A stretch of 64,000 bases of DNA. Origin: an uncultured delta proteobacterium (GTDB lineage: Bacteria; Desulfobacterota; Binatia; UBA9968). The notes beneath the pieces were generated by a model. That model was not told the origin of the DNA, made no database searches, and was given only the letters and a program-made list of their open reading frames with translations. Position numbers and translations under genes: made by a program. This document shows, one piece after another, positions 42,322 to 51,412 of this stretch. The stretch spans positions 224,001 to 288,000 of the forward strand of contig CAVWLW010000027.1 of the NCBI GenBank assembly GCA_963755715.1. The letters are read 5' to 3'. How positions within the stretch are numbered: position 1 is the stretch's first letter; the number at the start of each line of letters is the position of its first letter.

Positions 42322-43191
42322 TTTTCCCGGATCCTTGTAGTAGTGTTTGTAGTACCACTCGGCGATCTCCCAACCCGTCGTGCGCCATACGCCCTCGTGC
42401 GAACACATGTAGTCGAGCGCCTTATCCAAATATTTGATGCGAAAAGGCAGGCCGATGACGAACGGATGGAGCGGCAAGCAAAGCACGCGACCGCCGGACT
42501 CGCTATCTTTGTAAAGCGTGTCGAAGTGATCGCAAACCATCCGGTAATATTGCTCCGGCGTGTGGTTTTCGCGAATGAACACGCGAATGTCGTTGACGCC
42601 CAATTCGTAGGGCACCACGACCATGCGGCCGCTTTTGACACGCATCGGCGTCGGCTGCTCGTCGTTGCCCCAATCACAGACGTATTCGAATCCTTCCGCA
42701 GCGAGATGGTCCGGGGTGTTGTAAGTCTCGCCCAGTCCCGGTCCCAACCAGCCCTTCGGCGCCTTCCCCGTGGCCTTCGCGATGATCTCCTTCACGTTGT
42801 GGATGATCGAGCGCTCTTCTTCGGGCGGGTAATCGAGCATGGAAATACTGTTGGTCATGCCGTGGCCGAGCCATTCCCACTTGCGCTTGTTGCCTTCTTC
42901 GATGATCGGCGGGTGTTTCTCGCAAACCTCGGCGTTCAATAAAACACTGGCGCGAATACCGTGCTTGTCGAGCACTTCCATGATGCGATAAACGCCCACG
43001 CGCGAGCCATAATCGCGCAGCGTGTAGCCCGGCACGTCGGGCGTGTGATTGCTGCCCGAGCCGCGGATCGGCATGTCGTAGTGAAAATATTCGATATTGG
43101 GCGCGACCCACAAAGCTATGCGGCCGTGCTCGGGCCATTCGATTTTCGGTCGGCGAATGATCGGCGAATAGTCGTAACGTCGGTTGTCCAT
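42313..43191 (-). CDS. Polysaccharide deacetylase family protein (PuuE/cyclic imide hydrolase-like)
   Basis: YSPIIRRP, PNIE, RDYGSRVG, GWLGPGL.E, DEQP, LPLHPF.IG.P.R. Confidence 0.85.
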   Translation of the reverse strand: MDNRRYDYSPIIRRPKIEWPEHGRIALWVAPNIEYFHYDMPIRGSGSNHTPDVPGYTLRDYGSRVGVYRIMEVLDKHGIRASVLLNAEVCEKHPPIIEEGNKRKWEWLGHGMTNSISMLDYPPEEERSIIHNVKEIIAKATGKAPKGWLGPGLGETYNTPDHLAAEGFEYVCDWGNDEQPTPMRVKSGRMVVVPYELGVNDIRVFIRENHTPEQYYRMVCDHFDTLYKDSESGGRVLCLPLHPFVIGLPFRIKYLDKALDYMCSHEGVWRTTGWEIAEWYYKHYYKDPGKLE

Positions 43192-43314
43192 GAGTTGACT
43201 ACACTCCTGCGTGTGAAATTTATGCGGCTCATTACCGCCGCAAAATTAACCTATGCCACTTGACAAACGGGCGTCAACCCGCAGTGGAGACTTTTCCCCC
43301 TCGAATTTTTCCGC

Positions 43315-43344
43315 TTGACGGCGCTTCTCTATTCATCCTAGCTT
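43315..43344 (+). promoter_or_regulatory. Candidate sigma70 promoter for the MHS transporter
   Basis: TTGACG-N18-TAGCTT, about 150 bp upstream of the ATG. Confidence 0.35.
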
Positions 43345-43495
43345 AGCCCCGGATCAAGGGTCCTGAGGAGGCTGGGGTGCCTGATCTAGTCGTTGTTGTT
43401 TACGCGTTCTCTCCGGTTCAGGTGGCCCAGTTGGATTTTGATCGGAATCAAGCGGGTCGGGAACAGAGTCTCAGATAACCGAAAGGAGAATTGAA

Positions 43496-45121
43496 ATGGC
43501 CACAGCGGAGGGAGTTTTACACGCGGGAGACAGCGAAAGGATTATTTCAAAATCCGACGAGCGCCGAGTCATCGTCGCCTCTTCGGTGGGAACCGTTTTT
43601 GAATGGTACGATTTCTATCTGTACGCGATTTTGGCTCCATTCTTTGCAGGGTTGTTCTTTCCACCCGGAAACCAGACGGCTGCATTATTGGGGGCCTTCG
43701 GCGCCTACGCGGCCGGATTTCTGATTCGGCCCTTCGGCGCCTTGATCTTCGGACGCATCGGCGACTTGGTCGGTCGAAAATACACTTTTTTGGTAACGAT
43801 CGTCGTGATGGGCGTCTCCACCGTCTTGGTCGGCTTCATGCCGACGTACGCCTCCATGGGTTTTGCCGCGCCGCTGATCCTCGTCACCCTGCGGCTCGCC
43901 CAGGGGCTGGCCCTCGGCGGAGAATACGGCGGAGCAGCGACTTACGTCGCGGAACACGCGCCGGATCATAAGCGCGGCTACGCCACCAGCTGGATCCAAA
44001 CTACCGCGACTCTCGGCATGCTCATGGCGCTGCTCATCATCGGTCTGTGTCGCTACTACATGGAAGCTAAATCTTTCACCGAATGGGGTTGGCGAATTCC
44101 CTTTTGGTTCTCGATCCCGCTGTTGCTCATTTCCATCTATATTCGTTTAAAACTCCAGGAATCCCCGATCTTTCAGCGCATGAAGTCGCAAGGCAAGCGT
44201 TCCAAGCAGCCGTTGATCGACAGCTTCTTCAGATATCCGAACAATAAGTACGTGGCTCTCGCACTGCTCGGCGCGACAGCCGGCCAGGGAGTGGTCTGGT
44301 ACACCGGCCAGTTCTACGCGCTCTTTTTTATCCTGATCTATCTCAAGCTCGACTTCATTCCGACCTACACTCTCGTCGGCCTTTCACTCCTTATTGGCAC
44401 GCCGTTTTTTTTGGTTTTCGGCGCGCTCTCGGACAAGATCGGCCGCAAAAAAATTATTTTGGCGGGCTGTCTGATTGCGGCGGTGACTTACGTCCCGCTT
44501 TTTCATGGCCTGACACACTACATAAATCCCGACCTCGAAGCCTACCAGGAGCGGACACCGATCACCGTTACCGCTACGGATTGCAACTTCCATATATTCA
44601 TCGGCCCATGGTCGCGCCAGAGCGCTTGCGATAAAACCAAGGATTTTCTCGGCAAGGCCGGGCTCTCGTTTACATCGCTCCCTGCCGTAACCACCGACGA
44701 CGTCGTCACCAAGATCGGCGACATCGAGATCAAAGGTTGGGATGAAACCAAGTTTAAGGATGTGCTCAAAGCAAGCGGTTATCCCGCGAAAGCCGACATG
44801 GCGAAAGTAAATTGGTTCATGGCCGAGCTTATCCTGGTGATCATGGTGATCTACGTTACGATGGTCTACGGACCGATCGCGGCATTTTTAGTCGAGCTGT
44901 TTCCCGCCAGGATTCGTTACACGTCGATGTCGCTGCCCTATCACATCGGCAACGGTTGGTTTGGCGGCATGCTCCCGCTCCTCGCCACCTCAATGGTGGC
45001 CAAAGCCGGCAACATCTACTATGGCCTATGGTATCCGATCATTGTCGCCCTGATTACCTTCGTCATCGGTTTATTTTTCTTGAAGGAGACAAAGGACGTG
45101 AAGATCCACGAAGAGCACTGA
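43496..45121 (+). CDS. MFS transporter, MHS (metabolite:H+ symporter) family
   Basis: ASSVGTVFEWYDFYLY, RPFGA.IFG.IGD.VGRK, GGEYGGA, ESP.F, ELFPARIRYT; AAAGGAG RBS. Confidence 0.92.
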   Translation: MATAEGVLHAGDSERIISKSDERRVIVASSVGTVFEWYDFYLYAILAPFFAGLFFPPGNQTAALLGAFGAYAAGFLIRPFGALIFGRIGDLVGRKYTFLVTIVVMGVSTVLVGFMPTYASMGFAAPLILVTLRLAQGLALGGEYGGAATYVAEHAPDHKRGYATSWIQTTATLGMLMALLIIGLCRYYMEAKSFTEWGWRIPFWFSIPLLLISIYIRLKLQESPIFQRMKSQGKRSKQPLIDSFFRYPNNKYVALALLGATAGQGVVWYTGQFYALFFILIYLKLDFIPTYTLVGLSLLIGTPFFLVFGALSDKIGRKKIILAGCLIAAVTYVPLFHGLTHYINPDLEAYQERTPITVTATDCNFHIFIGPWSRQSACDKTKDFLGKAGLSFTSLPAVTTDDVVTKIGDIEIKGWDETKFKDVLKASGYPAKADMAKVNWFMAELILVIMVIYVTMVYGPIAAFLVELFPARIRYTSMSLPYHIGNGWFGGMLPLLATSMVAKAGNIYYGLWYPIIVALITFVIGLFFLKETKDVKIHEEH

Positions 45122-45178
45122 TCGCAGGAGAAGGTAAGGTGAACGGCAACGGTGTCCCGTGCCGTTGGTGATCTAACT

Positions 45179-45213
45179 AAAAAAGGGGACGGAAGAATAT
45201 TCCGTCCCCTTTC
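45179..45213 (+). terminator. Intrinsic terminator-like hairpin
   Basis: AAAAGGGGACGGAA-loop-TTCCGTCCCCTTTC. Confidence 0.7.
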
Positions 45214-45353
45214 TTCGAACCGCCGTTGTCTGCTAGAGAAATTTCCCCCACAAGATAACTTTGAAATTATCGCCACGTGATCCGAAGATAATAATGTTGA
45301 CTCACCTCACTTTATGAGGCTATAGGTACGCCAACGTCTCCGGGTCAGCTAGT

Positions 45354-46346
45354 ATGACGATGGAAGGAAAAACGTTGCTCCTGCCGTTCATTACGGCGGT
45401 TCTTTTTAGCGGCTCATGGTTCGCGCCCGCGTGGGCTCAGAATTATCGGCCGAGCCGTCCCGTCGAGCTGGTCGTTCATAGCGCCCTTGGTGGCGGCTCG
45501 GATGTCTTTGCCCGCGAAGTCGTCGCGATGGCGGAGCGGGAAAAACTCCTCACGCAGCCCATCCGAATTGTCAACAAGACCGCAGGCGCCGGTTTGGAGG
45601 CTATCGCCTATCTCGCTGACAAAAAGGGCGACGATCATACAATCGCGATATTCACCAACACCTGGATCGCCACTCCGCTCACCAATAAAGAGGCCAAATA
45701 CACCGTCACGGATTTGACTGCGATTGTTCGTCTGGTCCTCGAACCGACGATCGTCGTGGTCAGAGCGGACTCTCCTTATAAGAACATGAACGATTTTGTC
45801 GCTGCGGCGAAGCAAAATCCGCTCGGTCTGAAACAGGCTGGCGGCTCAGTCACTGCGATCGAAAGCCTGAGCGGTCTATTGATCCAAAAAGCTACCGGAG
45901 TCCAATGGACGTTCATTCCGACGCCGGCGATCAAGGACAGGATCGCCAATCTGCTGGCGGGCAACGTCGACGTCATTATCCCTCAGCCGCAAGATGTCAA
46001 CGAACATATCACCGCCGGAAGAATGCGGCCTATCGCTGCTCTCACAGAGAAGCGCCTCGCCGTATTGCCGGACGTGGCAACGATCAAGGAGCAGGGGATC
46101 AACGTTCCCATCATCGCCAACGCCCGGGGTCTCCTCGGACCGCCGGCGATGCCGAGAGAAATCGTCGAATACTGGGAAGACTTTTTCTCCCGCTTGGTGC
46201 AGACGGCGAGCTGGAAAAAGTATGTGGAAGAAAACCAGGTTCAAGACGTGTTTTTGAAGAGCCGCGAGGTGGCGCCGTTTCTCGAGGAACAAAACCAATT
46301 GATGCGATCGGTCCTGCAAGCAGCGGGCGTGAAAGTCGCGCGCTAG
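45354..46346 (+). CDS. Tripartite tricarboxylate transporter substrate-binding protein (TctC/Bug), no TctA/TctB nearby
   Basis: Y.PSRPVELVV...GGGSD.FAR, VNK.GA, LPDVATIKEQG, RGLLGPP.MP. Confidence 0.88.
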   Translation: MTMEGKTLLLPFITAVLFSGSWFAPAWAQNYRPSRPVELVVHSALGGGSDVFAREVVAMAEREKLLTQPIRIVNKTAGAGLEAIAYLADKKGDDHTIAIFTNTWIATPLTNKEAKYTVTDLTAIVRLVLEPTIVVVRADSPYKNMNDFVAAAKQNPLGLKQAGGSVTAIESLSGLLIQKATGVQWTFIPTPAIKDRIANLLAGNVDVIIPQPQDVNEHITAGRMRPIAALTEKRLAVLPDVATIKEQGINVPIIANARGLLGPPAMPREIVEYWEDFFSRLVQTASWKKYVEENQVQDVFLKSREVAPFLEEQNQLMRSVLQAAGVKVAR

Positions 46347-46566
46347 TCGGGAGAAGCTGAAGGCAGGCAGCGCCGGAGTTCTCCCCCGTCCCTTGTTTAC
46401 GTATCAACCCGTCAACTACAGGAACTTTCCCACAAGAAATTGGCTGATCTCCTCCGAGCCGCGCAACGGCTTGCCGTCGACGACCAAGACGCTGGGCGGC
46501 AATTCGAACGCACAGCCTGGTTCGGACTGCGGTTCGAATCGCCGGTTTTAAGCGAGTCGGGTTCGA

Positions 46567-47070
46567 TTATTTGGCGGCGGCGAGAGCGGCATCGTAATTC
46601 GGGTGCTCGCCGATGCTGCCGACGTATTCGACGTGTTTGAGCTTGTTGTCCGGGCCGATGACGAAAACTGCGCGAGCCAGGACGCGATCGAGCGGGCCGC
46701 CGGATATCAACAAGCCGTAGTTTTTTCCGAACGAGGCTTCGCGGTGATCGCTCGCCGTGACGACTTTGTCCGCGTTCGCGGCGCCGCACCAGCGCTTTTG
46801 CGCAAACGGCAGGTCCATGCTGACGACAACGACTTCGACATTGCCGAGCTTGCTCGCCTCCTCATTGAACCTCTTAGCTTCTAAATCGCACACCGGCGTG
46901 TCGAGAGACGGCACGGTCGCGATGATGCGCGTTTTGCCCGCGCCGCTCGCCAAAGTGTAATCGCTCATATCCGCGCTTTTTTGCACTTTGAAGTCCGGCG
47001 CGCTCTGGCCGGCTTTCACTTCGTTGCCCAACAGTGTCAAGGTCGTGTCTTTGAATTTTACCGTCGCCAT
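46567..47070 (-). CDS. tpx: Thiol peroxidase (atypical 2-Cys peroxiredoxin)
   Basis: VPSLDTPVC, SMDLPFAQKRWC, LARAVFV, EHPNYD; GGAGG RBS. Confidence 0.95.
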   Translation of the reverse strand: MATVKFKDTTLTLLGNEVKAGQSAPDFKVQKSADMSDYTLASGAGKTRIIATVPSLDTPVCDLEAKRFNEEASKLGNVEVVVVSMDLPFAQKRWCGAANADKVVTASDHREASFGKNYGLLISGGPLDRVLARAVFVIGPDNKLKHVEYVGSIGEHPNYDAALAAAK

Positions 47071-47180
47071 AACGTTTCCTCCTGTTTTGGATTTGTAGTG
47101 CAGCTTCGAACCGTTTTAACACTTTGTCTGGAACGATCAAGCGCACAAAATTACCACGCGAATCTGGGCCGGTGGATCGC

Positions 47181-47892
47181 TCACGGCAAGTTGAATTCGC
47201 GGCAAAGACGCTCCCACGAACCGTGCCGCGCCAACTCGTGCAACACAGTGGTCGTTGGCGGCAAGATCGGAAAATCGGTTCGGTGCATGCGCGCCAGAGC
47301 CTCCTCAGGTTTGAGCCAAAGACTATGAGTGACTTCTTCGGAACGAGTCAACGGGACCTGATGGGGCGGCAGCTCGGCGATGTAAAAGCGCGTGTCGAAA
47401 CGCATCGAATAAATCTCCGGCGTCACCCAGTGATCGAAATAAACCCCGCGAGATAAATCGCAAAAGAGGTTTTCCGATCTGAAGAAACGCGCCGAAGTCG
47501 AGCTGCTTCCGCACGATCGCTTGACGCTGACGTTCAAATCGGTCGCTTGCTTCGTGATTGCTGAAATCGATCAGAGCGCCGGTGTCATCGACACAAAGCA
47601 GGACACCGACTTCTTCGAAGAGTTCCCGAACCACGGCCACCCAGTGGCCGAGTGCTTGCTCCGGCTCGTGCTGGCTGTCGAGAATTCTTCGTGCCTCCTC
47701 GCCGGAAAGCCCGCGGCACCTCGCTAGCACCAGAGGCGAATAGTCGTCTCGATGAACCGTGCCGCCGGGGAAAACGTAGTAGCCGCCGAGAAAGCGCATC
47801 TCCGCCGGCCGGCGGGTCAACAGAATTTCAAAACTCCCGTCACCGCCGGGCCGAACCAGCACCACGGTGGAAGCGTCGCGAGGGTAAACCAT
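47181..47892 (-). CDS. NUDIX hydrolase (NUDT19-like); frameshift near 47480
   Basis: PRDASTVVL.R, VFPGG, RELFEEVG, HWVTP, RFDTRFY, LPPT. Confidence 0.87.
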
Positions 47893-47900
47893 GAATAATT

Positions 47901-48063
47901 AATATCGAAATCCGAAGCACGAAATCCGAAACAAACAGGGGCCTAAATAACCATCAATTGCTAGGAAATTCCAAACCAGCAATCCGAAGCATCTTGTTTT
48001 GAGCATCGCGTTTTTCGGTCATTTGGATTTGTTTCGAATTTCGGATTTCGTGCTTCGAATTTC
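47901..48063. repeat. MITE-like element: inverted arms of heptamer tandem units around a ~90-bp core
   Basis: Left ATCGAAATCCGAAGCACGAAATCCGAAACAAA; right TTTGTTTCGAATTTCGGATTTCGTGCTTCGAATTT. Confidence 0.82.
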
Positions 48064-48073
48064 ATCCTTTTCA

Positions 48074-48100
48074 CTTGCGTCTTTGCGTCTTTACGTCGAA
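48074..48100. repeat. Solo octamer arm (TTTGCGTC units), same family as the GxxExxY flanks
   Basis: CTTGCGTCTTTGCGTCTTTACG vs 51379 CTTAGCGTCTTTGCGCCTTTGCG. Confidence 0.65.
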
Positions 48101-48124
48101 AGCTTCGACTACTTACTGTTCCCC

Positions 48125-49172
48125 TCACTTCTTGCCGATTTCCTTGAGCAGCTTTTCCCATTTCTCGTTTTCTTTTTCATACTTCTCCACGGTCATGCCC
48201 GCCTCGGCATAGAAGCGCTTGAAGTCGGGCTTGTTCATGGCGCTATCGAGACCGTACTTGCCGAGAAACTTCTGGCCGTCGGCGCTGAGCAGAAAATCTC
48301 CAAACAGCAAAGCCGCGTAGGGATGCGGCGCGTTGGCCGGCAAGGCCACGCCGCCCGCGTTGGTCGGCACCAGGTCCATCGCCACCCACTTGATCGGCGC
48401 GCCTTTAGAAATGGAAACTCGCGAGTGGCTGAGAAAAACCGTCGGCGAAACGACCGAGCTCGCCCGATATCACCATATCGAGAATCGCTCGGCCCGAGAC
48501 CGAATGCAGGCTGATCTGTTGCGCCTTCAACTTTTGCACATATTCCGCCCCTTTGGTGGCGAGCATCGCCGCGATCACGCGGTTGCCGGTGTCGCTCGTA
48601 GCAAAACCGATTTTGTCCTTTAGCTCGGGCTTGAGCAGATCGGCAAAATTTTTCGGCACCGCGTTTCCCTGCACGGAGTTGGTATTGTACGCCAGCCCGA
48701 TATAGGACTCCCGGTCGGTCGCCCAGAAGACCAGACCTTTGCCGGCTTTTTCTTTCACGTCATCCGGATACGCAGCCAAATGCGCCGAGAAGTACGGCGC
48801 CAGCAGCTTGTATTCCTGCATCACTTTGAGAATTGGAAAAGTCGTCTCAACCGAATCGACGATATGGCGCTTCGCCTGCGCCTCTTGAACGATCCGCGAG
48901 ATCAGCGCATCGCTGTCGCCGCGGTAAACTTCTACCTGCACTCCGGGATATTTGCTCTCAAAAACTTTGGGCACGTCCGTATTGGGTCCGCCCGTGAGCG
49001 AGGTGTACCACATCAACTTGCCTTCTTTTTTCGCGCCGTCGTAAAGAATTTTCTCGCGATCGGGTTTGTTGTACGCCGCCAGCTCGGCGATCGACATCGG
49101 CTTTGCCGTCTGCGCCAGACCGGAGGACGAGCCCATCAGAAGCGCGAACATTAGAATTACGAAACCTTTCAT
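48125..49172 (-). CDS. Extracellular solute-binding protein (AfuA-like family); frameshifts near 48445 and 48390
   Basis: Signal peptide, GAKKEGKLMWYTS, LAYNT, PKNFADLLKP, APHPYAALLF. Confidence 0.83.
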
Positions 49173-49305
49173 CTTGTGTCTCCTGTTCGAATCAGTGCAA
49201 TTTCATTTATCATCAACGCGGGAATCGTCACAATGAGTCCGCGACTCAATCAACACGGCAAGAAATCGGCCGTCGCCGCGATTAGCGAAACTATCTAAAC
49301 AAAAA

Positions 49306-50448
49306 TTAGGGGAGAAAATCGAATGTACAGTTTAGTCTTTGAAGACGCAGAATGTTGTAGGCAGGAACCGGGCGGTGAAATCCTTTGAGCGTTAACTCTC
49401 CCATGGATTCCGCCTCGACCATAGATTCGATGCTGCCGAGCAGGCGCTGGGAAACTAAAATTTCTCCCGGCTTCGCCTCACCACACAGGCGCGCCGACAG
49501 GTTGGGCACGCTGCCGATGGCGCCGTACTCCCAACGCCCTTCAAAGCCGATGGCGCCGATCGTCGCATAGCCTTGCGCGATGCCGACACCGAAATCGAGA
49601 TCGTGGCCGAGCTTGCGCCACTTGATTGTTAATTCCTTGACGCGCTCGCGCATCGCCAGCGCCATGCGTGCGGCCTGTTCGGCGGCGTTCTCGACCGGCA
49701 CGGGATCGTTGAAAAAAATCATCATGCCGTCGCCGGCGAAGTGTTCCAGAGTTCCCTCATATTCGAGAATCAATTTGCCCATGGCGGCGTGATACTCGTG
49801 TAAAATGTCCATGACCTCTTCGGGTTCGGCGGTTTCAGCGAACGCGGTGAAGCCGCGGAGATCCAGATAGACAACCGTTAATTCGCATCGGTGAGTTTTG
49901 AGAGGATCGTCAGTCTCGCCGTTGACGATCAATTCTGCGAGCTGTGGGGAGAAGAAGCGTTTGAGGCGACCGAGGCGTTCGAGCTGGCCAACTTGCTCCT
50001 GGACGCGCTGCGCCAAATTTTTATTCCAGTCCGCGAGCTCAACAGCTTGAGCTTCGACCTGATCGTGGAGCTGCTTGATCCGAAGCAGCGAGCGAACGCG
50101 AGCAAGAAGCTCGGCTTGATTGATCGGCTTGGCGAGAAAGTCGTCCGCACCGGCTTCTATACCCTTGATCCGTTCTTCCGCCGGATCAAGCGCCGTCACC
50201 ATCACCACCGGGAGAATCCTGGTCGCTGCGTTCTCACGAATCTTGCGGCAAACCTCATAACCGCTCATCTCCGGCATGACAACGTCCAACAATACGAGAT
50301 CCGGCCGTTCCGCTTCCAATTGAGCCAAAGCTTCTCGGCCGGACTCCGCGGTAACGACGCTGTAACCTTTTACCGCCAACAGATCGGCAAGCAGTTTAAC
50401 GTTCTTGAGCGTGTCGTCGACAACGAGAATTTTAGCGGGATTATTCAC
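49306..50448 (-). CDS. Response regulator receiver + class III adenylate/guanylate cyclase
   Basis: ILVVDD, LLDVVMP, DLRGFT, FAGDG, GIAQG, AIG.VPNLSARL, LKGF. Confidence 0.92.
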   Translation of the reverse strand: MNNPAKILVVDDTLKNVKLLADLLAVKGYSVVTAESGREALAQLEAERPDLVLLDVVMPEMSGYEVCRKIRENAATRILPVVMVTALDPAEERIKGIEAGADDFLAKPINQAELLARVRSLLRIKQLHDQVEAQAVELADWNKNLAQRVQEQVGQLERLGRLKRFFSPQLAELIVNGETDDPLKTHRCELTVVYLDLRGFTAFAETAEPEEVMDILHEYHAAMGKLILEYEGTLEHFAGDGMMIFFNDPVPVENAAEQAARMALAMRERVKELTIKWRKLGHDLDFGVGIAQGYATIGAIGFEGRWEYGAIGSVPNLSARLCGEAKPGEILVSQRLLGSIESMVEAESMGELTLKGFHRPVPAYNILRLQRLNCTFDFLP

Positions 50449-50464
50449 GAGCTACTCTGTCTTC

Positions 50465-50530
50465 CTTCGTGACCTTCGCGTCCTTCGTGGTTATTATCTT
50501 CTCACCACGAAGAGCACGAAGCACACGAAG
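50465..50530. repeat. Palindrome of nonamer tandem units (CTTCGTGNN / NNCACGAAG)
   Basis: CTTCGTGAC CTTCGCGTC CTTCGTGGT-12 nt-ACCACGAAG AGCACGAAG CACACGAAG. Confidence 0.82.
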
Positions 50531-50555
50531 TTCGGTCTTTTCGTAAAGACCTTCC

Positions 50556-50928
50556 TCATGCATCGAGGACACGCTGCACTTCCGCGAGAAAATCTTTCAA
50601 GCTGATCGGCTTGGTCTGATAGCCGTCGAATCCTTCGGCCAACATCGATGTCCGGTTATTCGTCATCGCCGACGCCGTGATCGCGATGATCGATATGGCT
50701 CTGCGTCTTCGGGTCGGCCTTGAGTTGCTTCATGGCGGTGATGCCGTCCATGCCGGGAAGCTGAATGTCCATGAGAATGAGAGCAGGAGCTTGATCCAGA
50801 GCGAGCTTGAGCCCTTCTTCCGCCGTCTCAGACTCGATAGTTTTGTAACCTTTGACCTGCAGCACATCGCGGCAAAGCCTGCGGTTCTTTTCGTTGTCTT
50901 CGATGATCAATATAAGTTCGTTGGCCAT
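50556..50928 (-). CDS. Single-domain response regulator (DivK-like); frameshift near 50700
   Basis: ILIIEDN, LMDIQLPGMDG; alternative frame gives IIAITASAM..GFDGYQTKPI..VLDA*. Confidence 0.88.
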
Positions 50929-50937
50929 AGAACCTCG

Positions 50938-51412
50938 GATTATTTTCCCGCAAAGGCGCTAAGGCGCAAAGGTCGGGAGTTACAAACATCAAGGTCGATC
51001 TTCGAGTCCATTCACCACGCGCGTGATGCCGCGCTTCATTAGCGCTTCACCAAAGTTAGTAAGAAACCAAGCTTGCATCCGGTTAACCGTAGATAGGTCT
51101 GCACTTGTTTTTTATGAGCCTCACTTACTTGTTCGACGGATTTTAACTCCACTATCACCTTCTCCGCCACAAGAAGATCAGCGCGGAATGCTTCGTCGAA
51201 GGTCATATCTTGATAGCGGATCGGGATTGGCATCTGCCGATTCACGCCAAGACCGCGTTGTTGTAATTCATAGGCCAAGACAATTTCGTAAACCGATTCA
51301 AGTAATCCAGGCCCCAGCTGTCGATGCACCGCAATTGCGCATTGACGATTATTGTCCCAATTTCATTCTCCGTCATAACTTAGCGTCTTTGCGCCTTTGC
51401 GGGAGAATATTC
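50938..51412. mobile_element. Putative minimal mobile cassette: GxxExxY gene between ~34-bp inverted repeats of octamer units
   Basis: IR-L GATTATTTTCCCGCAAAGGCGCTAAGGCGCAAAG; IR-R CTTAGCGTCTTTGCGCCTTTGCGGGAGAATATTC; mobility is inferred. Confidence 0.55.
50989..51376 (-). CDS. GxxExxY protein (PD-(D/E)XK nuclease-like); frameshifts near 51340 and 51058
   Basis: MTENEIG..., HRQLGPGLLESVYE, FRADLLV..KVIVELKS, QVQTYLRLTG..LG.L.NFG. Confidence 0.9.

Noticed and set aside
43345-43490. Riboswitch or ncRNA in the MHS transporter leader
   Set aside because: No recognisable conserved motif by eye; an Rfam/Infernal scan would be needed.
46400-46566. Small ORF or tRNA-like structure (GGTTCGAATC) between tctC-like gene and tpx
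   Set aside because: No acceptor stem or cloverleaf could be built; the ORF lacks an RBS and runs antisense into tpx.
38566-51412. Short repeats as CRISPR arrays
   Set aside because: Units are 7-9 bp, contiguous and inverted, with no unique spacers and no cas genes.
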